DNA of 64,000 bases from Paramecium tetraurelia (lineage: Eukaryota), in the NCBI GenBank assembly GCA_000165425.1, contig CT868230.1:372001-436000 (forward strand), given 5' to 3'. The notes beneath the pieces were generated by a model. That model ran no database searches. It worked only from the letters and a program-made list of their open reading frames with translations, and had not been told where the DNA came from. The position numbers and the translations under genes are program-made. Every line of letters starts with the position of its first letter. Position 1 is the first letter of the stretch. Positions 28,672 to 41,862 of the stretch are shown here, piece after piece.

Positions 28672-28689
28672 TATAATTAATTTATTTAT

Positions 28690-29659
28690 ATGTAATAAAG
28701 TGATCAAGTTTAATATGATTTACCATCCAATTCATCTGAGTTGATGCTATAAATCTCTCAATGCCATAATCTAATGCTTTTAGACAAAGTAAAAATTTAT
28801 GAAATAGACAGGCTTATGAGATTGTGTAATTTTATATGACAAGACACAATTAAGATAAAGACAACTTTCCAATCAACAAAGATTTATTTCACGAAATTCA
28901 AACCTTTCATAAAGAAGCCACATTTTTGAAATAGTAATTATCAGATAATAAAGACTGGATTCATGATTGCAATACTCAATAGTATTTATAGATTTGAATT
29001 AAGCTTTTAGATGAGTTATAAGTTCATTCCAAATTCAACAAATGTTGCATTGAAATTCGAATCTGTAATGAAATTACCCATAATTAATGCTTGTGCTTTA
29101 ATATATCAAACAGAACTTTTCAATAATTGGGTGCCATTTTGCAAAGTTAGCAAAGGAGTAAAATCTAATTCAATAATAGCTTAAAACACCTGGTTTAGGT
29201 CATAAAATTTGCTATATCATGATGGATCTTCCAGTTTTATCTAATAGAGAAGCTTATATTAGAGGATACGGAGTAGATAAATTAGAACAATCAAAATCAT
29301 TTTTGATATGTTGTTAGACAATCCATCATGATAAAGAATATCAGGCATTGCATTAAATTAATACTACCTAAGTTAATTGTGTGTAAGTAGAAATCAATTT
29401 CTTTGCTGTTGAAGTCACGCTCATTAATGCAGGAGAGTTTGTTATGAAAAGCGTTGCGAATTTAGATCCTAAAATGAAGTTTATTCCTTAAACAGTCATG
29501 AATTTTCTAATGAAAAAAATAGGGAAATTTATGTATGAAAGATTTTGCAAGTTGGCTTAGAACATCAAAGGAACTCAATGGGAAAAGGCAATTCAAGAAT
29601 AGCCTCAATTTTATGAACATGTCAGAAAAAGATTTGAATAATATTTAAGTAAATATTGA
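28690..29659 (+). CDS. START/SRPBCC lipid-binding domain protein
   Basis: LIYQTELFNNWVPFC, MDLPVLSNREAYIRGYGVD, VANLDPKMKFIPQTVMNFLMKK. Confidence 0.75.
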
Positions 29660-29713
29660 GTTTTCATTTTCTATTTTTTTAAATATATTTTATACAAACT
29701 ACACAATTATCTA

Positions 29714-30272
29714 TCATAACATTTAATCTATTAAATATTCCACAAATATCTTTGCATTAGGAGTCGAAGCGCGTTGTGCGATTGAATTTACAAGGTCATT
29801 TCTCTCCTAATGCAATAGGCTGCTGATTTTTTTTTATTTTTCACATAATATTTCATAGGATTCATTAGAATGGTGGTTTTGCTTGTTTGTTTCTTTGTTT
29901 TATTCAGTTATATTATTTTATTGATCAAGCACTTCCCACCTATATCTTAAATATTTATAATATCGGTTCTTCACCATGGCCAAAGTTTTGCCAGGGAAAT
30001 GTTTATGAATTTTTTAGAATTTTGGCCCAATACTCTGAACCAATTCTAAAATCAATCTATCCTCTTCCGGTGTGAATTTTTATCCTGGCTTCCTATTGCT
30101 AAGACCTTCAGTAATTCGTCTATAATAATTTTATTATTAAATACTCATATTTTTTAGTTTATTTCTTTTTTCCAGATAAGGTTCTATCTTGTTCCTCTTA
30201 ATCTTCTTAATCGCACCCATTTTCCTGTTCTTAATCTAATTCTTTGTCTATTTCTTATTCTTGACTAGACAT
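29714..30272 (-). CDS. Single Myb/SANT-domain protein
   Basis: KFTPEEDRLILELVQSIGPKFQKIHKHFPGKTLAMVKNRYYKYLR. Confidence 0.85.
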
Positions 30273-30420
30273 AAAAATTAAATAAATTTGTTTATTATTC
30301 AAACGCAATTATTTATTAAAAACAAATATTATTGAACTTGTTTCCAACCAACACCCTGATTTGCTGGACAATTAAGAGAGTTATTATAATAATTTAATTT
30401 GACATTTATTTAATATAAAA

Positions 30421-30701
30421 TCATTTGTTTCCTAAAACTTTAACCATCAATTCCCCCAATCTCTAAAATTCTGTTCTGCTCACTTTACTGTCATTATTTG
30501 TATCCAAATAGGATAACATATAATCAATTTCCTTTTTTGTGGGTTACTAATTTATTTTACAATACAAACCTAAGAATTTAATTCCAATGCCAGATTATTC
30601 AACAATGTATCTAATTCATCTTTTTCGATATATCCTGAACGATTTTTATCATAACGATCAAAAACACGGTTTGAGAACTCAGTTACTTAAATGCTGTTCA
30701 T
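30421..30701 (-). CDS. Small two-EF-hand calcium-binding protein
   Basis: VFDRYDKNRSGYIEKDEL and LDTNNDSKVSRTEF; one intron. Confidence 0.85.
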
Positions 30702-30767
30702 ATATAATTTGTATATTATTTTAATAAATATACATAATATTTTATTAGTTTAGAATCTAGTGATTTC

Positions 30768-31942
30768 TCATAATTTAAATGTCTAAATCTTGCTATCAAA
30801 TTTCATATGCATCTCCTGTATAAAGGTCTTACTAATTTTAACATTTATGAGAAAGCTTACAAGCAACTCATCCCAATCTACTTCAAGGTCATTGTCATCA
30901 ATTCTATAATTTTATTGGCTCAATATGCATATAATTCCAGTCATATCTTCACTCATCAAAATCTCTTAATGATAAAGAAGAAAACCAATAATCAATTGAT
31001 AGATGTATGTCCAACCATACCTGAAGATACAATCGAACAATTTCACTTGTTTCTGGATGGGGATCATCATCCCAAATAAGGAAAACAACCATGAGGCACA
31101 AAACATGTCGACTTTGACTCCGTTGATGCAAAAATGTGAATATAAATCTGGCATTTTGGTTAGGATTAGATAATCAATCAATTAGATATGCTTCGATAAA
31201 CCAGGAGACCTACTATTATATTAACTTACATTGGGGAATATAGATCGTTCATTTACAGTAAATCAATCAGTTTTCTGAGTAATTCAAAAGCCACATAATT
31301 ATCAGCATGATATATTAACCCAGCAGCAACAAAGTTCATTCCTTGCATGTACCCAACAATTTTGTTGTATTTGGAATACGCAATCAAAACCTATTATAAA
31401 TCTTATAATTTTTGGGGGTAATTCTTCAGAGGATGTGTTCTTTCAACATCAAGATTTATTTGTTTAATGATCTTTGGTTCGCATTTGCTTTCCAATAAAT
31501 TAGAGTATTTAGTCTTTAATTTATCAGCATCATAATTGCCTAACCATTCTTTAGCCTTGATGCAAGTGTTATTTTAATAAGGTAAGCATTTACAAGGATC
31601 AACTTCTCGAGTAAAGAGTCTCATAATTTTATTAATTACACTCTCTTCTTTTTCTTTTGGTCTAATATCATCATATGTTAATGTACTAAATCCCTAAACC
31701 GAACACACAGTTTGGTTACTTCCACATCTTTAAGGAACCTTGATTATTTATATCTGCTAAATGAAACTCAAGTGGATTACCTTAGGTTATTTTGGATAAT
31801 GTATGGTTTTTGAAGAATCTCGATTTACCCCTGTCACATGGATATCTCTAATCTGCTAGGTAGGTTTGGGATTCTCAACTGCTGGTTCAAATTTCCTTTC
31901 CAATTATCCGTGAGAGGACCTCCCTTAAAATTGCTAGGACAT
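30768..31942 (-). CDS. TBC-domain Rab GTPase-activating protein
   Basis: IKQINLDVERT, LIAYSKYNKIVGYMQGMNFVAAGL, MFCASWLFSLF, LFDCIFRYG. Confidence 0.9.
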
Positions 31943-31971
31943 TCGTTAAAATATTAATTAATTATAATATA

Positions 31972-33006
31972 ATGCATACAAGTCGATCAGCTCCCTCATG
32001 TAACTTATGAATTAATCTAGTGATGACTATTGAATAAATGTATAGTGTTGTGAGAGGTGAAACAGGGGCTTGGGGTATCGAAGGATATGAAGTCCCCAAG
32101 AAGTATTGTGACCCTCTCAAGTAAGCCTAAGAAAGAGAGTTCTTTGCAGGCAAATTAAAGAAACCTCCCACAATTACAAAAAGAGGCCATTTCTTGGATG
32201 ACATAGCCAAACCATTTAGAAATCGTAAGGTCCCTGTTTAATATAATGTTGAATACAAGTGGGTAAATGAGAAAGACAAGGAGAGGAAAAGGTAAAATGC
32301 CTACTCAACCCATTATATAGATCAAAAAGTGAATTGTTAAAGAGAAATACATTTATAGATGACATTTTCCTTTAGAACAGTAAACAAAACTACCCTAAAC
32401 CTGGTCCTGGAAAGTATGATGAAAATAGATCAATTGAGAATCAGGCTAAAAAGTGGAATGGCAAATCTAAAATTCAATATGGAGATAAACCAGACTTTGT
32501 TTAAGATTATTAACACTTAGGAGCTGTTTTACCTGCAGGTCCAGGCAGCTATAATCCTCATGTATTCAATATATTTTAATAAATATAGCCAATTTTACCC
32601 AAATTAAAACATAACAATACAAATCCCAAGGTTATGATTGCTAAACACAAAGATTTTGACAAGTTTAAGTTGGAAATGATTAAAAATTATCCTAAACCAG
32701 ATTGTACTAAATATAAGCCATATCCTGTTGATTATAATACTTTTGGTAGATCCTTAGAATTGCTTTATGATAAAAAAAAAATAGAGCCAGCCAAAATTAA
32801 ATATTGGGTATGATAAATTGTTAGTCAAGGGAAATCCAAGTAAGCCAGTTACCAGGAATAAGTCTGAGGCTAAGTTACCTCCCTAATATAATTTAATTGC
32901 TTATTGGCCTGGAAAGGAAGATGGAAGTGGTAAGAACAAAGAGCTGAAAAAATTTAATTGGATGAATAAAGTCACAAAGGGAATTTAATAATCAATATAT
33001 TATTGA
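31972..33006 (+). CDS. SHIPPO/PGPGxY-repeat axonemal-type protein
   Basis: PKPGPGKYD and AGPGSYNP motifs; N-terminal WGIEGYEVPK. Confidence 0.65.
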
Positions 33007-33043
33007 AATAAAACATTATATTAATTAATTCAATTTCTATTAC

Positions 33044-33716
33044 ATGTCAGAACTAAATGCTGTCGTCGAATTTATTAATAATCCAACTATAAACAAGACT
33101 TCTCAGGAAATAAGTAATTTGATTTAACCGTTAATGGAAAAAAATATAAACCTCATATATGATGGACTAACATATTGTTAACTATCTGGAGAGATAATAG
33201 GGAAATAAAAAAAAGTTGAACTGAAACTGCCTGATAATCAAACATTTAGTGTTTTACAGGAATAGTTAAAGAAAATAATAGAAACCAATTGTTTTATTAA
33301 TGGAATATTTGATCCATTTTATTCAACACTATATGGAGTTTAGTTTATTTAGGAATCCTAAAAAAAATAAGCGTTTACTGATCCCATAAATATAGAAATC
33401 ACAGATGATATTCTTAGATTAGTTTATGAAGATAAATTCGATAAAATAAAGGAAGAGTATTTATTAAATATATAGTAATAGCACTAAAAATTTTTATGAA
33501 GAAAGCCATAGAAATTTGGAAGATTTTGTTAAGACTCTACCTATAAAATGCCATAAAACTTAGAAAGAAATTCAAATCTTAAAGGATGGATTTAACATCC
33601 AAAGTTTATGGTTTAGTCTGGAGGGAGCTCTGAAGTTGTTAGAAACTAATAAGGAAGTATTCTTCACTCATCAATGCGAATTTTTGGATAAATATAAGAA
33701 AATGATGTAAATTTGA
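33044..33716 (+). CDS. Hypothetical protein
   Basis: Open code-6 frame MSELNAVVEFINNP... with one tiny intron; no motif. Confidence 0.6.
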
Positions 33717-33842
33717 TGCATAATAGAAATATAATTGCAATTTTATTCTTCTATTAAAATGAGTAAATGTTGCCTTTTAAATTATGTTAAATGTTAGAAT
33801 ATAAAATAATTTATTAAAGATTTTTTAAAAATTTAAAATAAT

Positions 33843-34258
<416 letters not shown>

Positions 34259-34326
34259 TATTATTATGAATAGTACAATAATAAATAAATATGTTTAATA
34301 ATTCGAATTCATTTATTTAAATAGTT

Positions 34327-34709
34327 ATGAATTCTCAACAATAAACTAATCCAGAATACTTCCCACCTCCGACCTATTATTGCAATAAGAATGGCCATGA
34401 ATTAACCTGGAAATCAAGTAGTGGTCATCCATGTGCAGAATGTAAGATTAAAAATTGCAGATCTCGTTATTGGTGCTAGTAATGCTAAGAAGCATTCTGT
34501 TTGCAATGCATGCCTCCACCATTGTTTGGAATTATGTGTGGAGCAGGCCATCCGTAAACTCTTAATTACTATTTTAAAGAATGAAATTGAGCATTGTACC
34601 TCATCACGTGTGCGATTATTGCAGTGAAACAATTTAAAATTAAGCACATAGATGTTAAATCTGTGACTTCGACATATGTTTGAATTGTCTACTGCAAAAA
34701 GAGGATTGA
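34327..34709 (+). CDS. Small protein of two Cys/His-rich zinc-finger repeats (C1/ZZ-like)
   Basis: CNKNGHEL..CAEC..YWCQQCQEAFCLQC and CGAGHPM..CDYC..HRCQICDFDICLNC. Confidence 0.75.
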
Positions 34710-34746
34710 TTTTTTGTATTAAATAGTGCAATTATTTTACTAATAA

Positions 34747-35309
34747 ATGTCTCAATTATAATAATTTGCTACTCTCACTAGTAATAAGAAAATAATAAAA
34801 CTGCGATTCCCCTCTCTGTAATAGTTTTTATTGACTTTATTATCCTTAAATGGTTCGATTGAGTTAGGAGTGTATAAAGCAACGGTAAAAACATATAAAT
34901 AATAATATCTGAATAAGTTATATATTGAATCAATAAGAACATCTAGTGAGTTAATACCTATAACCATTTATTTATTCTTTAAACAGCTTAACAATGCAGA
35001 TTCTCAATTGTCTTAGGTGCAAAACATATATACGCACACCTGTCTCAGTTGTAATAGCAATCTCAAACATGTATTCTGCGCATTTAGTATTAACTCTGAG
35101 GAATGTATACAGGCTTCATCGAATGCTGGACATATGAGTAATATGTAGGGTCCTAAGCATTGTTTGACAGGGAATTATTGATATATACAAGTTGTGAGAT
35201 CGCACAATTGGAATGGGAAATTTAATTGGTCGATCCTAATAGGAAAGGGGCAGAACCCCGGAGATCACTACTTAAAGGGATGCTTCATTCTTTGGGGGAA
35301 GAGATTTGA
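34747..35309 (+). CDS. Hypothetical protein
   Basis: MSQLQQFATLTSNKKIIKLRFPSL...; removing a 26-nt intron (gtattaac...tacag) gives an open frame to ...HSLGEEI*. Confidence 0.55.
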
Positions 35310-35424
35310 GTCCAAAAAGAGGGAAAAAATGATCAATACTAATCTTTTCAGGCGGGGTTGTAGAAGTTATTTCAATATCTTTTTTAATGTAAATATCAAA
35401 TTGACAAAATTTGTGTTTTCTTCA

Positions 35425-36951
35425 ATGTCTGTGTATCGAGATGAAAGCATATTAAAAGGGCTTCTTCAGGGTAAAACTATAGAGTAGGGGGCGGAGTTAC
35501 ATTTATTCATATTGGTTGAATAGAATGTGAGGAAGATCATTCAAGTGAATATTGTTATGATGATTAGGAGGCAATAAAATATCAAAGACACTTCAGAAAA
35601 AAATAACTTAATTCCCAAGACATTGAATTGGCTATCAAGGATCAAAATATGCAGAAGGTACTCTGACGTAAAATGATTTTAGTCTGAAATCTTTGGATTT
35701 TAATATATGGATAGTATTAATTTGTGCAAAAGGATGGATGAGTATGTGCTCAATGATCAGGTATGGAATCTCAATATTCAAGAGCTTGGATCTAAGAGAT
35801 CTAATTTCGCATTAGATGAGGACAGTTAAAATCCCTCTCGGATTTCCCTCTCTTTCCATATTCAATGTGATGAAAGATTATTAGATGATCAATTCGTAGG
35901 AGACTCAATCCATAAGTAAATTCCCCTCATTTAATATCAGTGCAATACAAGGACATCATATAAACGGAGTCATTCCAAAGCATGGAAAACAAAAAGTCCT
36001 TCAATATTATTAAGGATAACGTAATAAGCATATTGACAGTTCATCAATAAAGCATTGTGAAGAACTTTAAGGATTTATTTGAAAAAGAAGTAATAAGTCT
36101 AAAATTTAATTTCTCACAAGAATTTGTTTAATGTAAATCTTCATTTCATGATTTAGTGCTTTCTGATTTGGAGAGCTACAAAGACGTGGCTTAAATCGTT
36201 CCATTCATAGTCCAATATTTATATAGTTAGTAGGATTAAGTTTAACTGTTTTATTACAAACATAGATGTGTGATAATTGAATGCTTGAGTCGACTGATAA
36301 TGAACAATTAGATAAATCTGGAGTTTTAAGTATCTGCCATAATAATACATAATAGTTGCATTAGATCATAAAAATCTTAGTTAAATTTTTGACTGCCAAG
36401 ATAATTGAAATCAACTTAAAATTCTAAATCGAACTTCAAGTGAAGACAGCCAAATGTTTGAATTATTTGCTTGATAAATTTAACTTGAAATATTAAGCAT
36501 TAAGGTAGAATGTTGACCTTGTAATTTTGAATAAATTAGATAGAGTCACAAGTAAAATTGAGAAGAAGAACTCTCACAAATCATTATTGAAGGCGTATTC
36601 GATAATTTAATACTTTATTGAATAAAATATTTGTGTTCAGCATTTGAAGTTTGTGGAATAAATGAGTGTATTGATCCGAAAAATAGAAAAAGGGAGATAA
36701 TCAATCAATTAATATAATCCAGATTATGAACATCTAGCTGGTTTAATATCTTTATCTTTAGGAGTAATTATTACATTGAATAATCATAGAGCATTTTGAT
36801 TAAAATAATCAACGGATTGCAATATTTGTAGCCTAATCATGAAAACCAAATTTTGCACATTATTAATAATACAAGAGAATTGATGTTAGAATTGGGATTA
36901 TATGAAATGTTTGTAATGTAATAACATGTTGTGGAGCACATGATTTTATGA
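35425..36951 (+). CDS. TAF6: TFIID subunit 6
   Basis: Histone-fold segment (VRKIIQEAIKYQRHFRKKQLNSQDIELAI) plus HEAT region (IVPFIVQYL, LIMNNQINLEFQLHQII); the frame is restored by six tiny introns. Confidence 0.8.
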
Positions 36952-37008
36952 TTATTATTACCTTAATTTTATTTGAACACCAGTATACATTAATTTAAAT
37001 TAAATACA

Positions 37009-37806
37009 ATGTCAAGGAGATACGACTAAAAAACTAATACCTTCACTCCAGATGGCAGATTGAAATAAGTGGAATATGCAATCGAGGCAATTAATCAAAC
37101 AGGCTCAGCACTTGGAGTACTAACTAATGAGGGAATGATTTTGGCTACAGAAAAACAAGAAGTATCACATCTCTTAGAACATTCAAAACATTCTGAGAAA
37201 ATCTATCCAATCGATAGACACATCTTCTCAGTTGTTTCAGGTCATACAGCTGATGCAAACATTTTGATTAATTATGCTAGAGAAGCTGCTGCCAATCATA
37301 GGTAAATTGTGAATCAAATCCTAGATATTAGTTTTAAGATAACATTGCCTTAGAATAATTGATAATAAACATATGCGATTACAAACAGAATAAAACCTAA
37401 GTAGGTGGGTAGAGACCTTTCGGAACAGCATTCCTATTTGCTGGTTATGATAAAAAAAATGGTTTTCAATTATTTAGCACTGATCCATCAGGTAATTATG
37501 CTGGGTGGAAGGCCACTGCAATTGGAAAGAATAATTTAGCAGCTAATAGCTATTTAAAGCAAGATTACAAAGAAAATTTAACCTTAGAATAAGTACTATA
37601 ATATAAGAGTTTTTTAGGGATTAGATATCGCAATAAAAGCACTCGTGAAAACTATGGATACATCGTCTCCTTAGCCTTCTAAAATAGAGATTGTCGTTAT
37701 CAGTTAATAAGGAAAAGAAGTCAAGAGTAAAACCTATAATGAAAAAGAAGTTTTGAGTTTACTTTAAAAAAATGGGTTTAGCAATGAACAAATGTAACAG
37801 GAATGA
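37009..37806 (+). CDS. PSMA4: 20S proteasome subunit alpha-3 (PSMA4/Pre9)
   Basis: [64 protein letters not shown]. Confidence 0.95.
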
Positions 37807-37985
37807 TATAATCAAATGTGTTTTAAAATAAGTGGTCAAACCTTCTTAATTATTTTTATAATACTTTCAATTTTATCAGAGGAATGACTATTAAAGATAT
37901 ATAAAGTTTTTGAGTAATATCTTACTCCAAAAATGATAGAGTTCAAATTTATCATGAATTTATTGATTAATATTTTATTGTAATT

Positions 37986-38915
37986 TCATTACTTCAAATT
38001 TGCTACTAGTTTGTGAACATTTTCATTCCAATTCATCTTTGTACCTGTAATTGGTAGGGGTCTTCTCATTGCTTTAAAGAATATGTCTGGCATGGAATTA
38101 TATAAATTATCCATTCCTGCTAAATGTCTATTCTCTAATCTAGTGATTGTGTGAATAATCTATTTGGCACTCTCGCTTGCAGTAGACAAATCTACATTGA
38201 TTCCTTCTGAGAAGGTATTTACATTTTTTAATTACACATTTCCATCTTCATAATAATGTGCTTGCACTTTCAAATCACCTTTCAATTGTGTTTTTGTGAA
38301 TTCCCAGGTTGAGATCCAACTTCCACAGCTATTATATTATGCATTAATTTACAAAAAGTTTGGCAAGTTAATTGTTTTTGCAGTAATTCCAATATAGAAT
38401 GTAAAATCTGAAGCGTCACCTTGATACATAACTAATTTCATGTATTTAAATTATACCATAAGCTCCACAAACTTTCTCATTAAATTGCTAAGTCAAATAA
38501 AGATTGAGTTATTATTCAAGGGCATCTCTAAGTTGATTCAATTCAGGATCTGAAGGTAACTCAACTTAGGATCTGGATATGACTTCTAATTTTTCATGAT
38601 CCACTTAAATTGTCTCATTGTTTTTCTAATCTACATAAAAGTCCTCTTAAGAATTCAGAACGCTTGTAAGGATCTATTGATGTCATCAGAGACACTTACT
38701 TAAGTGCTTTAGCCTTTAAACAAAGCCAAGTGTTCCTCATTATGATCCCTCAATGCTTGTAGCATAATAGAATGCTATGGATTAATATTCCCAATGATTT
38801 TACACAAATCCTTAATCACTAAATTAGCTTATCCAAATGGTGTATTCTTTACGATATACTTGACTACTTTCTCATGTTGTTCAAGTTAGTTGACTTCTCC
38901 TTCTTCTTAATTCAT
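37986..38915 (-). CDS. CAPZA: F-actin capping protein alpha subunit
   Basis: [52 protein letters not shown]. Confidence 0.92.
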
Positions 38916-38987
38916 TATATATCTTTTATAAATTAAATATAATCATCTTTAATAGTTTCAGAGCAGATATTCAATATCATATAATAT

Positions 38988-39118
38988 GTTTGTTTGTGTT
39001 CTATTCACATAGATGTTTCATTCCTTTAGAACAATCTACTCAGAGAAACACAATTAATCTTAGAGATCAATGCTAATTGACTACTATAGAAATAACCAAC
39101 CATCGCTTTATCTCTCAT
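38988..39118 (-). ncRNA. Candidate box H/ACA snoRNA (two hairpins, H box AGATTA, 3' ACA)
   Basis: Minus strand: hairpin 1 (lower stem AGAGAT/ATCTCT, 12-bp upper stem with G-U pairs), H box at 39060-39055, hairpin 2 (TGTGTT/AACACA and TAGAT..ATCTA), ACA at 38993-38991. Confidence 0.7.
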
Positions 39119-39200
39119 ACACAATCACCAAAAGTTAATATTAATATTTAATTATTATTATATTTATTATCCTCTTAATTATGTAGTACTAAATATGATG

Positions 39201-41592
39201 TCATTTATTCTGTTTTTGTTTCAATTTTGAATACCAAGAAGGACCATCTTCCTATTTTTATTAACTACTTTGAATTCCACCTTGCAATTAATGCAAATTC
39301 ATACCCTTTTTTTAGATCGCACTTTGAGGATCAATATATGTCTTTGTATTTAAGGCTTCCGACATCTCATTTATGGCACTTCTCAGATTTTATCTCATAT
39401 CATTCTAACTACCAGTGGCAATACCAATCAAAATGTTCTAAATGTTTTGTAGGTTCTGTCTTTTAATTCTCAATCTCTATAGATCCTCTTCAGCTCGCAT
39501 GAATCTCTATTAAATTTATACACTAATAATTACATTGGCTACATCATCGTTTTCTGCTTTTAGGATCTAATAATCCTAATCCATTTTCTTTAAAAGGGAT
39601 TTATATTTCAAAATTTCTCTATCCTTTTCCTCAATATGGGCTACGAGATAGGAATGACTAAAATAAAAGATATTTAATGAATATTTACGGTTAATGTGTT
39701 TTGTCAAGTACATCTCTTTATAATTTGGTCTCTTCCTATAGTCTCTCAATCTCTTATGACTTATCTCTTAATTGTCTTTGCAATTCCTCTGATTCTCTTT
39801 ATTTTGCTTGCAATCTCTAAGCGAGATTTAATGCCTGTTGAATCCTTCTTTTTGAAGATGTAGGTACAGTGCCCATGAATCCCAATAAAGGATTCATTGC
39901 ATCATATTCATTGCCTGCTGATTTCATTATGGCATCATCAATTTCTTTTTCAATTCCTTCATAATTAGTTAATTGTTCTTTTGCAACTTGCAATTAAGCA
40001 TTTATGCTGCTCATCTATTCCTTAGCCTCTACCTAACACTTATAATACTCTGCCTTCAACACGTTGATCTTCTCCCTTAACATTTCATTTTCATGCTTTG
40101 TAGCTTTAAGATTGGCCAAAGTATCTTCATAGATATTCTATACTCTATCCAACTCTTCCACCTTCAATCTTAATTGAATTCTCTATTCAGATAAGTCCCC
40201 ATCTAATTTTCTTTATAAGTTTCTATAATCAATTAGCAAATGATCATATAAAGTTGATTTTTCCTTCACTTGCCCTTCTAGATTATCTTTTCGAAGTTAA
40301 ATTTCCTCCTTTGCATCCTTCAAGAATTTGATTTGAGTCTCATAAATATCAACTAAATTCTATTTGGCAATTTCCAATTCATGATGATGCTTCTCTTTAA
40401 GATCTGCAATTTCTGAGTAAATTCTTTTTTCATAAGCCTGAGTCTAATCTGTTTTAGAATTGAGTAATTAAAATAGATATTCTTAAGCTTAGTTTTTTGC
40501 TTCCAAATACTCCTTCTCTGTCCTATCTAATTTGTCCTCCAATCTCTTAACCTTCTCCAAAAGTTAAATATTCTCCTTAGTCAAATATTCCTTGTCTTAT
40601 TGCAAAAGGTCTCCCTTCCTCTTGGCGTCATCCTATGCCTTGTATTAATCACCTGCCTTGTCTCCGGCTTAATTATTTTGATAGAAACCAGCCTTCTCTT
40701 CCAATAAAAACTTCTCTTACTCCAATCTCTTATAATCCCTACTTAATTCATCAAATCTTGCTCCCTTCTCTCTCAACAGGGCTAATTCCTCTTAAGATTT
40801 TGTTAATTCTAACTCCAAAGCCTTTCTAGCATTATCATAATTTAATTTATGTCTTCTAATATCCTCTTCTCTGTCTACCATCATCTTTTAGCCATGTTCC
40901 AAATCATTCAATAAGAATTAATGCTTCTCTGTTATCTATCTGAGTTCTTCCCTTAAAGCCAATATTTCCTTTTTCTAAAACTCCCCCTCCTTTTTGAATG
41001 GATACACAATTTCCCAAACCTAAACCAATACCCAATCTTGAATGGGCATTTCCTTCTCATTCATATCTCGCAACCTCAGATAAACAGCCTCTGGGACCAA
41101 TCCAGCAAGCATATCTCTAACTTAAGCCAAAGCTTCTCTTATGCCTGGTAATTGAGACTCTTGATAGATCATCTTAGACTTTAGTTATTTGATTTCACTT
41201 AAAAGTTTATCTGTTTCAATTCGATGATTAGCAAAAACTCTTTGTCTATCAGCGTCATTGGCTGCTTGGATCCTTTTGATCTCAGCATTTAGAAAAGCTA
41301 TTTATTTTTCCTGCATGCCCACAACGGATGAATAATTCTAAAAATGGATCGATTACAATAATACATTTTTCATATTGACTGTATCATGAGTGTTCCCCCC
41401 TCTGTTATGTTTAGTCTATTGATAATTCTCAATATCAGCTATGGATACCGAATCCCTCATACTATCTGATTCACTGTCACTCATCATCACTTAGCCTTAT
41501 TCAAATTATCTTATATCTTCCTCAGAAAATGTGGTTGGATCTATATTCATCGATTTCATAAGTTTTATGATGTCTTTTCTCTTCGTACTCAT
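39201..41592 (-). CDS. PIBF1: PIBF1/CEP90-like basal-body coiled-coil protein
   Basis: EAVYLRLRDMNEKEMPIQDWVLVQVWEIVYPFKKE, long coiled coil, C-terminal PSWYSKLK. Confidence 0.75.
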
Positions 41593-41862
41593 TTATCAGT
41601 TAATTAATTCAAATTTAGTTTATTAAATATTAAATGATTAATAAAACTCAATTAATATAGATCTCTCAATTTTACAATTCAAATAACAATTATTCAATTT
41701 ATAAATTCAGCATAAGTGTCGCATGGGTCAATGTGGTGAATCTGTTTCAATTTAAAATTGCCCTCTACTTTGCGAGAATAGGTTTAAATAATAATGTGTA
41801 AAATAAGTTTAATTTTATTAGTAATCTGAAAAATTCAAATTTTAACAATATAATTAAAATTA

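Noticed and set aside
30300..30385. Minus-strand hairpin (TCCAGC/GTTGGA) upstream of the Myb gene as a second H/ACA RNA
   Set aside because: Second hairpin is weak, the ACA is buried in a stem, and the box matches are trivial in AT-rich DNA
35179..35181. In-frame TGA suggesting selenocysteine or readthrough into TAF6
   Set aside because: A 26-nt intron upstream changes the frame, giving a normal gene ending at 35309
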